DNA of 63,649 nucleotides, counting the filler, from Rhabdomonas costata (lineage: Eukaryota), in the NCBI GenBank assembly GCA_019059605.1. It is 27 parts of 27 records of this genome, joined end to end, with 100 filler letters (N's around TTAATTAATTAA, not from the genome) between each part and the next. Parts side by side here need not be neighbours in the genome. Positions count along the whole stretch, not along the records: positions 37,782 to 40,041 come from JAHMHO010004454.1; positions 40,142 to 42,401 come from JAHMHO010004455.1; positions 42,502 to 44,761 come from JAHMHO010004456.1; positions 44,862 to 47,121 come from JAHMHO010004457.1; positions 47,222 to 49,503 come from JAHMHO010004458.1; 22 more parts are not named here. One strand, given 5' to 3'. Positions 37,900 through 49,171 of this stretch are shown piece by piece. Position numbers and translations under genes: made by a program. Under the pieces are notes generated by a model that was not told the origin of the DNA, did no database searches, and worked only from the letters and a program-made list of their open reading frames with translations. How positions within the stretch are numbered: position 1 is the stretch's first letter; each line of letters opens with the position of its first letter.

Positions 37900-39910
37900 T
37901 CTGATTACATGTCGACGGAATCCATTACAAAATATTTTGGCGCCTCCCCGAAGTTCGTACATGCGTATACTCTACTTACCCGGAATGTGGGTGATGGTCA
38001 AATCGAATTCCTGCAATCAATGTAGCCAACAAATATGGCGTGGGCTCGGCTTCGCCATGATGGAAAAATAACTGGGCAAGTGTTGTCGGGAATTCGACTT
38101 TCTCACCATGAAAGTAGTGCTTCAAACGATTGAAATCGTCGACAAGATCCAGAAGTTGCTTTTCGTGTGCGTGTGTGTGATAATTAAATTCAACTTTATT
38201 TAGCTTCCGATATGTGCCCACATCCAGGCAAAGGAGATTTGAGTTATCAGTCTGGCACAACATTACTCCGATTCCGGTGTCTGAAGCGTCGGTGTGGGTG
38301 ATGAACGGTTTGTTCCTGTCAGGAAAGGCCAAGACGACATACCGAAAGAGTTAGGACTACAGTACATTGAATGATTGCTGTTAGACTGGTCCCAGTGCCA
38401 TGGCTTCTTCTTTGCCAGCAAGTTAGTGATGTGGTCGCCACCTTAATAAACTGCGGGAATAATTAATGGCAGAAGCCGCAAAGTCCGAAAAACGGCCACT
38501 CAGATATTGACTGCAATTTTTCAGGCACTTTGAGGATAACTCCGCTTCCGACAACTTAGCCGACGAATTCGATTTCAGGCTATGCGAAAGATCACTTTTT
38601 CAGCCCACAAAAAGCTGCTCTTGGAAGAGGAGGTCCACGACTTGCCGGATGTGGTTCATATGCTCCTCGTAGGTTTCCAAAAATACAACAATGTAGTCGA
38701 CGTAGATGTCGGTGAAGTCCGTCATGTCGGCATAGACAACTTCCACGGTTATCTGGAATGTGGAGGTGGCGTTGGATAATACGAATGATATAACGATCAA
38801 TTTGAACGAGCCAAAATTCATCTGGAAGACTGCTTTGTGCTCGTCTTCGTCGCTGATTCGAATTTGGTGAAAATCACACAACAGTTCAATCATAGAAAAT
38901 TAGCGAGTTGTATCTAAACGTTCCAGCATCTCACCGATTCTAGGTAGCTGGTAATTGCCATTGACCGTGATTTAATCCAGGGCACGGTAGTCAATCACAA
39001 TTCGACGGGAATTGCCATTCTTTCCCCGGAACAGTACGCTTGTTCCGAAATTAATGATAGACGGTCGGATTCTATCGGCTTCTGCCATATCGTCGAGTTG
39101 ATTCAGGACCTCTTTCTGATCAATGTATGTACAACCTGAGTGCCTGCGGCTTCGTACTGGGTTTAATGTAAAATCTGTTGTCTGTCGATTTGGGCGGTGG
39201 AATTACGGCTTGAAGCTTGTCTTGGTAGACGTCTCTGAACTCCTCGACCATTCGAGTGATTTCCTCTGATACAGTTGCGGTGGAAATAGTCGGCCAGCAC
39301 TGCCGTTATCTACTCTGGATAGTTACGCCTATGCGGTCAGTCTGCCAAAATTCCAGACTCTTGACGATCTCTGCGCGCTCCTCGTGTGTGAGTTCTATTT
39401 TTCAGTGTGGTACGTCACATTCAGCTGGATAAGTGTACCAGCAAGCTTCGACTGATTTGGCTCCAAGGTGGGCGGTTGGTCAACAGGCGCAAATGGTTCG
39501 GTAGAGTTTTCAATGGCGCTGAGACGTCAATAGCTCAAATACGTTCTCCACAAAGTCAAATGGTATGTCCGACCATGTTGTTTGATTGTTGTCTGAGTGG
39601 TTGCTCAGTCGGATTGGACTCTAAAGTACCTAGGAAAGTGTATCCGAGAATTGTCGTGATTGTTGATGTGATTACCTTGAGAGCTATTAGGATTCTGAGG
39701 TCACCTATTTGCAACACATGACGAACGAAGGTGTCGGCGTGGACGCTGGTTCCCTCCACATGGGTCATTGGGATCTATTGGAGCAGCTTGGATTTGGTCA
39801 GATCGAGAGCATATGATACGGTCGACGATATAAAATTGTCGCTTCACTCAAAGTCCAGCAGGGCGCTTACGTTTTGCCAAAACATTTGAACAGGCACGTA
39901 CAGAGTCACT
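37900..39910 (-). mobile_element. Degenerate Ty3/gypsy LTR retrotransposon pol (protease-RT-RNase H)
   Basis: ALLD...NFIS (protease), RIVIDYRAL, YQLPRI, FHQIRI, LSNATSTFQ, IYVDYIVVF (RT), FITHTDASDTGIG (RNase H), in gypsy order with many stops. Confidence 0.92.
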
Positions 39911-40141
39911 CCTTCTACATGTGGATTGGTTAATCTGTTGGCTTCGCCTCCATATGCGCGATCATCAACTCGGTGAGTGGCACATCAACTTCAAACTCAT
40001 TTGGTTTCCGACTGCTCTTGGATTTGGATGTACCCCACAAANNNNNNNNNNNNNNNNNNNNNNNNNNNNNNNNNNNNNNNNNNNNTTAATTAATTAANNN
40101 NNNNNNNNNNNNNNNNNNNNNNNNNNNNNNNNNNNNNNNNN

Positions 40142-42400
40142 CAACCATCAGATCTTTGAACACAAACATCGAAGAGCTGTAAATCATGTTGACAAACTGC
40201 CCCCGATCCCGAATGCTGGCCAACGGCATCCGCTGCAGTGCTCCTATCGCAACGCGTGCCGATAGGTATGATTCAAACGATGTGAAGTCTGGCACTACGG
40301 CCTGCGCCCCAACAGTCGCGTCAAAATACCACGGAAGCGTGACCTGGCTCAGCGCGGAGAGATACGAGCGAACCACCGCACTGCTGGTGTCCGTGGGCAA
40401 CGGGACTATCTGCGTGCTGAATACACTCTCGGTGTGGTTGCCCAGAAGCACACGGAAGGAGTTCATCCCGGCGGGTGAGGGCACAATGTAAAGCGTAGAG
40501 GCCGGAAGAACCCGCTTTGCAAGAACAACAAACTCTGCCATCGGCTCCGCGACCCCAAATAGAATCACTGCCTGAGGAACTTGAGGAAGCGCTCCATTGA
40601 TGATCCCAGAGAGTGCGCCATCTACCACCATGGAGTTGCGCGCATACGTGCCCGTGCTCAAGATCTTCATCTCAATGGCCGCAAGCGCAGCTTTCAGAGC
40701 TGTGTATCCTGACATCCCGTAGCTGTCGTCCTGATAAACGATAGAAATCTTCGTCACAAACTTCTTTCGGGTGAGCCAATCCACCATCGCCGTCGTCTCG
40801 TCCGTGTAGGATGCACGTACGTGGATGACATTCCGGTCAAAGGGTACGCGAAGCGACACCAGCCCAGAAAGCGGGCCAATGAAGGGCACCGAGGCGGGCG
40901 AGGTCACTGCAATGGCGGCTGTCGAGGTGGCCGAGCCAAACTCCCCGATCATCCCAAGCACATTCTGGCTCAGCAGTTGCTGCGTGTTCGCAGCGGCCGG
41001 CCCGGGGTTGTACCCGTCGTCCATGGTGCGCAGATGGAGAAGGTAGCCGTTGATCCCCCCGTTGCGGTTTTGCTCCCCAAACGCTGCTCGGATTCCCGCC
41101 GACATCTGCATCCCGCTCAACGCACTCGACGCCGTCAGCGCCGTCGACTGCCCAAATAGGATGTACTTCTGCAGAGCACTCGCATCGCTGTGGCACGACC
41201 CGCACGGAAATCGGAAGCTGCCGCCCCCGGGCACCAACCGAAGAACCCCAGGCTGAGCGGGCAGCACGGTGGCCAGCCACACTTCCCGAAGCCCCTGGTT
41301 GCAGCTTCCCGTGAAGGGCCCAAACTGCAGCCCCGCGGCTTCAAATATCGACGTCGTCTCAATGGTCGCAAGGAAGAGGCTGCTCGAGGGGCTCTGGCTG
41401 GGGTCCATCCGGTGCAGCACAGAAACCAGAAACTGCGCCAGGGCATAGCCTTCGATCACCACTGAGGCACTTGCGCTGGGCGGGGGCACCAGCTCGGCAG
41501 GTGCAGTGGCCACCGCCTGCAGGTACGCCGAGATCAGCGGATGGGAGGTGGCCGTCACTGGAGGCACCACCTGCGAGACCACAACCTTGCTGGCATCAGC
41601 GCTGCGGGTGTTTAGGTCAGCCACAAGCTCCTCCGGGACGACAATGGAGCAAGTGGTGAGATATATGGTGGAGGAGGGAAGAAAGTGCTGCGCTGCCGCG
41701 ATGAAGGTAGCCACATCCGCAGAGGGACACAAAACGAATACCGCCTGAAAAAGGGGCAGCAGGTTTGAAACCGGAATGTTCTCCATTGTATAAAAGTTGT
41801 GAATATCGGACAAACTGTGCCGGGGATATTTCTACGACCACTCGGGAGCACGTCTGGCTCTGACAGATGATGCACCAAAGGCGAAAGAGAAGACACGACC
41901 GGGAGAAAGAAAGCAGTGCCACAAGGCGACGTCCAGTGACACTGCATTGAAATCCGGGCGTACGACCTGCACGCCGAATCCACGACGAACCGCAGCCTCG
42001 AAAATCCGCCTGCGCATCGGGGTTAGCGGTGGATATGATCCCAGAACACGTGACATCTTAACAACTGATGCACAATCGCAACTACCTAAACCATTCATAA
42101 AGCCGAAGCACACGCAAGCAGACGTACTTGGAAAAGACCCACGGCGATGCTCGTCAGGTTCCCCACCGCCTGCCCCACATTCCCCACAGCGTATCCCACA
42201 CCGCTGACCAGTGAGATCCCCGTTGCATTGAGCGTGGCCTGCAGCGCCTGGAACCGCGCCGTGCTGCTGGGGTCGTCCACCGCGTACACCGCCACAGGAT
42301 CCAGCAGGCCCAGCTGCCGCGTCGCAACGTCCACCAGCGCCGCAAGCTCGTCCCCTGGGCTCCCCCGAACCGAAAATACCCCACCGGAAGACCTGCCCAA
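40142..42400 (-). CDS. Receptor with tandem type-I periplasmic-binding (Venus flytrap) domains; exons 42400-42128 and 41744-40142; partial at both ends
   Basis: FGQSTALT...GIRAAF...GGING...DDGYNP, NVIHVRASYTDE, IVYQDDSYG, PQAVILFG. An earlier degenerate copy (VFSVRGSPGDE...LFQ|AVFVL) is joined by a phase-0 GTACGT...TTTCAG intron. Confidence 0.88.
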
Positions 42401-42794
42401 CNNNNNNNNNNNNNNNNNNNNNNNNNNNNNNNNNNNNNNNNNNNNTTAATTAATTAANNNNNNNNNNNNNNNNNNNNNNNNNNNNNNNNNNNNNNNNNNN
42501 NGGGTGGGGGGGAACAGTGGAAGGCTTGTTGTCGTTAGATTTGCCCCGGATGTGCTTACCTTGTTGAGCCGCTTGGGCTTCGACTCTCGGTCGACTATCT
42601 TTCCTGCCCTTTGTCCTTTCTCAGCGCTTTTTCCTGGTGAGCTCGCATGCCGGCGCGCTTCTGTGTGCTCGCACAGTATGGTGGTATCGCGCTCCTGTGA
42701 GTTAAAGTTATACGTGCATTTCCCGGAAGGCCGTGGGTCTTCCCCCTGTTTGTGCCCGACAAGTGTACCTGTGAGCGTACGCGACATGCCACAG

Positions 42795-44578
42795 GTTCGG
42801 GTGCATGGCGACGACGTGGTGCAGATCACAGAGGATGGCAACCCCGTCACCTTGGCTGAGTTCTCGCAAGGCGAGGGGCTAACCGTCGCCGACTTCGGCA
42901 TGTCTCCTGCTCCACACTCTTTCCTTTTCCCCTCTTTTCATTTCTTTTCTGGCCCTTTAGCATTTCAGTTTTTTTTCTATTGTAGAATTATGCGCTTATT
43001 CTTTATTTGCGTATCCGTTGGTTATGCTTCTGTTATGAACCCGTGGGGTAGTTCTTACCTGTGCCGTCTTAGACTCGCAGCTACTGCACGGAAGCAACTT
43101 CAACAGAGATGCTGCCAGTCCCACAGCGAAGCTCCGAAGCCTTCTGCTGCACACCGACAACAACATGGCGGGCCGATACTACGCCGGTGTGTTTGTTTGT
43201 GTGTGTGTGTGTGTCTGTGTGTGTGCGAGCGCGCGCTCTTGCGCGTGGGCGTGCGGGTTCCCGAAGTCCAAAGGTGCGTGATCTGTCAGTGCTGGTGAAC
43301 GATTTCGCTTAGTGTGGTGTAGAGATGCGTCCTGGGGAGGAGTGATTAAAACCCTTTTACAGTTTACTGTGTGTGTTGCGTCTCAGTATTCACCTGCATT
43401 TTCAAAGGCGGATACACGATTGAAAAACCATTCAATGGGCTTCGAGGTTTCTGCTGTTTTTTTTTCGCACGCATAGAAAACTTCAGATTCAGCAAGCTCC
43501 TCCGACCGGGTTCAGTAACGATTGCAACTGGCCTAATTGAGCCTCAGATGTGTGTTTCTGGAATGCATGGATATGCTGGAATACGTTGCCGGTGGTTTTG
43601 TGGTGGTAATGATGTGAGGGGGACGCTCTCTCTCTTCTGTGTACCAGAGATTAGCAAGCAGGAGTTTTCCAACATGGAGCGGGACGCCTTCCGATTCTCG
43701 GAAAATCGCCTCACGGTGACCGGGAAGCGGCGATCTGACTGGGAGCGCCTTGCGCATTGGTTGCGTGTGCGTGTAGTGCTGTGTGCGAGCGAGTGTATAT
43801 GTATGGGTACTAATTTGTATATAGGTGCGTATGTGTTTGCGTGAACGAAGAATCGGTTCAGGGGAAGGTTCCCAAGGGCATATTTATAACGGCGTCAGTC
43901 GGGAGGTTCCCACTGCTATCAGCAATATCCTTGTCAAGTAGAGTTACGTAAGAATGGCATGGCACAGTGAGTCACGGAGGATGAGGCCCTGATCGCGACC
44001 TACCTAGTGTGAAGTGTGTGCGCATTGAGCAGCAGCACGCGTGGATGAGAAAACATAAACGCTTGAATTGCAAATATGATATGATTGGAGTGAGTATCCG
44101 GCGAAGCGAACTCTCCCGTGTGGAGGGAGAATTGCGATGGTCTTTCCGAACTGGCTGGGGGTGGGGAGTTCGACGAATCCAAATTCGAAGAGTTGTTCAG
44201 GAAAGCAGCGCACAAGCGAAAACAGAAAGGAAGCCAAAGAGACAAAATAAGCACGGTACGGGGGTGGGGGAAGAAAATAAATGCTCACTTATTGCGGTTT
44301 GGTCTGAAACCACCTATTAACGAGGCACCGTCATTTTGTGAACTTTCCCTTCGCATCTCTGAATTCTTCTTTCTCATTCAGGTGCGTATCTCACGGGGTG
44401 CAGTCGCAGCACAACAAGTGGACGGTGCACGTCCCCGGGTCCTACGGCTACCTGCGCTCCCAGGGCCTCGTGCACAGCTTCCAGGAGCTCCTCGCCAACC
44501 TGTTCCTCCCGCTGTGGGAGGTCAGCATCGACCCCAACCGGAACTACCAACTGGCGTACTTCTTGAAGCACATGGCCG
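42795..44578 (+). CDS. Divergent AMP deaminase-like protein, 4 internal exons (42795-42897, ~43073-43186, ~43649-43759, 44382-44578)
   Basis: VTLAEF, LRSLLLHTDNNMAGRYYA|EISKQ, SENRLTVTGKRRSDWERLAHW, SFQELLANLFLPLWEVSIDP...YFLKHMAG correspond to AMPD blocks. Confidence 0.85.
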
Positions 44579-44861
44579 GTATGGGCACAGGCCTCTCACG
44601 GCTTTCGTTGGTTGCGGATGATGGGGATCCGGTGGCGTCGTTGGACGATGTTGTATGCCTCAGGGTATTACGTCGTAATACGACGAAAATATACGTAGCG
44701 TTCTCGTATCATCCGCAACCAACGAAAGCCGTGAAAACAGCACTAAAATACCCCACCAACANNNNNNNNNNNNNNNNNNNNNNNNNNNNNNNNNNNNNNN
44801 NNNNNTTAATTAATTAANNNNNNNNNNNNNNNNNNNNNNNNNNNNNNNNNNNNNNNNNNNN

Positions 44862-46004
44862 CCCAAACCTCTTCAAGACGCTGGTCTGAACGTCAACTGT
44901 GTTTGTCGATAAACTGAGCCTGGACAGCTCATCATCAGTGAATACTGCTGGAGAAGAGGACAGCAAAATGCTTTTGGCATGGTTAAGCAAGAGCAAGCCC
45001 CCATTTGCCCCAAGATTGCCGTAAGGCTTTTGCATCACAGCAAACAGAGCTTGCATGTCAAAACCCAAGCTAAAAACAATGGGTGGGCCTGTGGAATCCG
45101 CAGAGTCCGGAGGGCAGCTGAGAAAAAGTTCCTGTATCTTCACTACTGGATGAAGCAGAGGTCCACTCAGGGCAAAAAAACCGGCTGTTTGTTTCCGCGC
45201 CATGGCGGCTTGATACCATGGCTGAGAGCTTGCGTTGAAGGGGAGGGTCGCGACGACGCCCGACGCTGCACTGGATCCTAGAAGCCGGAAGGTCATGTTG
45301 GTACCATTGCACGAGTGGTATCCGAACAGGAACTTTCCGGAGCTCTCAGCCTTCACCGCTTCAATCGTGGCTCCACAGGGATAGCTCACAATGATGCTCG
45401 ACAGGGTGGTGTCGCTCAGCACAGTTCGTGTTATCTCGGCGGCTATGGGCTTCGCAAAGTCTATGTCGTTCGCAACGGGAAGCAGAAAGGTCATCAACAT
45501 CATCTTGCTCAGAAGAAAGCTGTCCGTAGAATACTTCATGTTCCACGCAGAGGCGACAGTTAAAAGATCAACGGTCTCCCCAATGGAGCGGTTGGCAGTG
45601 GCACCAATGAAAGCCCACGTAAAACCAAAAACCGCGGCAAAAGCAAATGCAGCTGGAATGGTGAAAACTAAAAGCATCGGAATCCGCCACCGTGCCGCAC
45701 TCCCTGCTGATGAGCTGGGTACCACCACTGGGTTCATAGTACTGCCGAGATCCCCTCGTACGTCAGAAGTCATGCGGTAATCTCCGATATTTTGTGAAAC
45801 GGATTCGCCGGATAACTCCGAGGGGCGATCCCTATGGGCGACAGGACGCATGGTCACCGTGGGGTCCAAGGCATGGGCAGCCCCTGGGAGATCAGCGCTG
45901 ACCTCCAAGTCCGTGGGCGAGACGCCACTGTGCCTGTGTAGCAAACTTCGCTGGCTGGGGGTGGAAGGGATCTTGCGCTGACTCCCAGGAACCTGGAGTG
46001 ACAT
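44862..46004 (-). CDS. Membrane receptor with N-terminal tail, TM helix and Cache-like sensor domain (3' truncated)
   Basis: Intronless ORF from MSLQVPG; TM segment IPMLLVFTIPAAFAFAAVFGFTWAFI; PFNASSQPWYQAA resembles the dCache YDPRxRPWY motif. Confidence 0.65.
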
Positions 46005-46529
46005 TTCTTTGTGGAAAAAAGAAAGAAAACTTGGGGAGGTGCCCCGTCGTGACACAAAACAGATTAAGCTGAGGCTGTGTTTCCGGCGAAACAAATTCAA
46101 GAGTGTTGGGTGGAAGGGGCGATCCGAAAAATAAACCGCCAACATTGTGACCAGACATTGCGTCCCACCAAACCCATAAGGGTGAGACTTCACAAGAAGG
46201 AAAGCAGGAAGCAAAACGTGGTTGCTCTCAATGTGCATGTGCAAGTTAAACCGACCCGAAAATAATAGTAACTCATCGATTTGGGAATGGGTTCCCCCAA
46301 CAAATCCCCCGAATGCAGCAGGCACCCCTACAAAATGAAAAAGGTACTTCACTACGTCTCCACGTGTACGCGAGAAAACCCCCCCATAGGGCAAATCAAC
46401 ACCAGCACGTACATCTGCGGGCACGCCACCAAGAAGCTCCCAAAGTGTTGAACAACACACAGGGAGTGTAGATAGTACATAAGGCGCACAGTCACGCACG
46501 CACGCACGCACACAAAGGCAGATAGCCTG

Positions 46530-46766
46530 TCAACCTGGAGTCTCAATTACCCAAGAGTTTTCGCGAAGCAGAGTGAGAAGGGCCTTCCAGTGCCCCACGG
46601 TGTAACCCTTGCAGGCCTGCTGAGAGCCCACCAGGATGAGCTTTCGCCGGGCCCGAGTAAGGGCGACGGTTAGCCGCGGCAAGCTGTCCAGAAGCTCGTG
46701 CCCGAGCCGCTGTCCAACCTGACCAGAGCTGACCAGGGAGACCACCACACAATCCTTCTCTTGTCC
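46530..46766 (-). CDS. SF1 helicase (DNA2/Upf1-like), terminal exon
   Basis: (Q)GQEKDCVVVSLV...ELL...RLTVALTRARRKLILVGS; closest in style to DNA2. Confidence 0.85.
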   Translation of the reverse strand, partial: GQEKDCVVVSLVSSGQVGQRLGHELLDSLPRLTVALTRARRKLILVGSQQACKGYTVGHWKALLTLLRENSWVIETPG

Positions 46767-47221
46767 CTGCAACATCACATCCGCCCGGGGAAAGGGAAAA
46801 GGAAAGGGAAAGGGAAAGGCATGGTAAATTCAGATTTTATTCAAGTATATACTGGTGAAGGCCCCCTCTCCAAAACAATGGAACAATAGTGATGTGTCCC
46901 CCTCTGGCGGGTGAAATCTTCACTGCTGCGAGAGCCACGTCCAGTAATGGGCGGCTCTCTCTCTCTCTCTATTTGGATGAGATGAAAGAAACTGCTGGTG
47001 GTCGGGGTCCCTCCAGAGCCTACTTGAGCCGAATACTGGATGATGTTCTCCAGCGCGCAAGCAAGGGCAAAGGAGCCATCCGCCCACCTGCGCCCGGTCG
47101 ATAGTCAGGATCCCCACCCCCNNNNNNNNNNNNNNNNNNNNNNNNNNNNNNNNNNNNNNNNNNNNTTAATTAATTAANNNNNNNNNNNNNNNNNNNNNNN
47201 NNNNNNNNNNNNNNNNNNNNN

Positions 47222-47255
<34 letters not shown>
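47222..47255. repeat. (GT)n microsatellite
   Basis: About 17 GT units at the contig start. Confidence 0.9.
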
Positions 47256-47256
<1 letters not shown>

Positions 47257-47615
47257 GTGGTGTATTTCATGCTCCACTGAGTGTGAGAAGTGTAAGTGTG
47301 GAGATTGCTCGCATTCCAAATGGCTCAAGTTGGGGAGCTCAAGGAGAGGTTTCTGGCAACGTGTATGAATGAATGACCCCGGATTCTTTAATACAGGACT
47401 TTATGCGTGCGGCGGTGGGGTGGGCTGTGGTGGGACCCCAGTCATGACGACAAGCAAGTTCTTTTGTTCTTTTGGCGTGGGTTTCGCTTCTCCAAGAGGG
47501 AGTTGTTTTGTTGGACTTATGCAGAGCGTGGTTATGTCTGAGGTTGCAGATGCTTGTTATTCGCTGCCGTTTACTTTGTGTTGGCAACCAGGATGCATGC
47601 AACCACTTTTTACAG

Positions 47616-49171
47616 GGCCAGCAGCAGATTGTGAACTATCTTCTGGAGGCCATCCGAAACCCGGGGACTTCGGAACAACAGCTGCACGGGGGCTGCCTTG
47701 GCCTCGGTTTCTGACCCCCCCCCTGAACCGCGCCATTGTTGTCTGCTTCACACCCAGCAACCCTTTTTTTTTCGGGTTGTGAAGATTTTTCTGCGGTTTC
47801 GGGCGGCTTTGAAAGTGAACGCCTGGGATGATCTACAAGAACGCACCCCACCACCCCTGCAAGCTTTTCTCGCCCCAGTTTAGGCTGCGGGTGGTAGAAC
47901 ACAGAGTTACTTTCGCGCGTTTTCAATACATAAACCTGGGAATCGTGGGGCAGGCGGAGGGTCCTGGCCTGTTATCTGGTGAGCCGGAACCCCACGTCTG
48001 ATCTCCGTGCGAGTACCGAGACTGCGCGCGTCTTTGGTTAGGGGCAGCTTTTCGGCACCTCTTTCACTGTAGCATTGCCTTGCCCGTCTTTTCATCGCAC
48101 AATCATACACAACTGCGAACAAACAGGCACATCTGCATCTGTATACATCTGTATCCTTTTGTCAAAGAAGAAAACCCGTTTACCAGCGCAATTCTCCAAG
48201 CTGCCGATCGATGACATCTGGGTGCACAGGCTCATACCTTTGAAACAACAAAGGGCGGAGGCTTCCCACATCATGGTTTGTCTTCGTTGTGTTGCGCAGG
48301 CCTTGCCGCCATGACCCTGGGCGACGAGGCTGTGGTGACTCAGCTGAAGAACCTGCTCAACATGGTGTGCCCCATTTCCCTGTCAGCCCAATGTGCGACT
48401 CGGTGCCGATTAGCGTATGGAGCGGAATGGAATTTTTGTCCCGTTTACTTCAAAATTGGGAATTTCCATTAAATGTGATCATTTCATACTCATGAGGAAA
48501 AGGGGGAGAACAGTGAAAATCAAACTGAAATGACCCTCTTTACCCTGCCCAGTGCGTTGCACATTGACATGCCCCAAGTTTAATTTTGCCCGTGATGTTG
48601 ACTGAATGCTGAAAATGAGAATGTAGTGTGTTGTGATTCAAAAAGCGACCCCGTTCTTCGCGATGCCTTTCATGCCGGGGCTTGCACCAGGATTCTGCGA
48701 CGGTTGGGGAGGCCGCCGCGCTGGGCACGGGGATGGTCCTGCTGGGCTCGGCAGATGCCGCGGTGTGCGACGAGCTGATCCAGTACGGGCAGGTGTGCTC
48801 TTCGTTATGGGCGCGACCCCAGTCGGGAGGGGGTCGAGTTGGTTTGATTGTCCTTGGTGTTTCAATGCCGTGAAGCTGCCTCTCAGCAGCGGTCTACTGA
48901 GTAGTCCCAGCTGTTGCATTTTTCTGTCCAGTTTGGTTGAAGTCATCTGACCTGGCCAAGGGATGCGATTGAAGGAACGCCAACCCGAGCCACCGGGTGC
49001 CCCGTGGAAAAAAAGCTGACACCGAAACTGCTGCTGATTGGGTTTTGTGATGTTTGCCAGGATACGCAGCACGAGAAGATCACCCGGGGCATTGCCATGG
49101 CGATCGCGCTGATTATGTATGGCCGCGAGGACGAGGCCGACACCTTGATTGAAGTCTTGTGCTGCCACAAG
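47616..49171 (+). CDS. RPN2: 26S proteasome subunit RPN2/PSMD1, four internal exons
   Basis: [12 protein letters not shown]...[20 protein letters not shown]...[34 protein letters not shown]. Confidence 0.95.

Noticed and set aside
41832..41834. In-frame TAG upstream of the 575-aa ORF suggesting stop-codon reassignment
   Set aside because: It falls inside a well-formed GT-AG intron (42127-41745), and no reconstructed host exon needs a recoded stop.
46005..46511. N-terminal 169 aa of the 565-aa ORF
   Set aside because: It starts at a non-ATG codon in a GTGC repeat and reads as UTR or intergenic sequence; the ATG at 46004 has a better context.
40142..46766. Apparent signalling cluster (VFT receptor, AMPD, Cache receptor)
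   Set aside because: The genes lie on different contigs joined by linkers, so adjacency is artificial.
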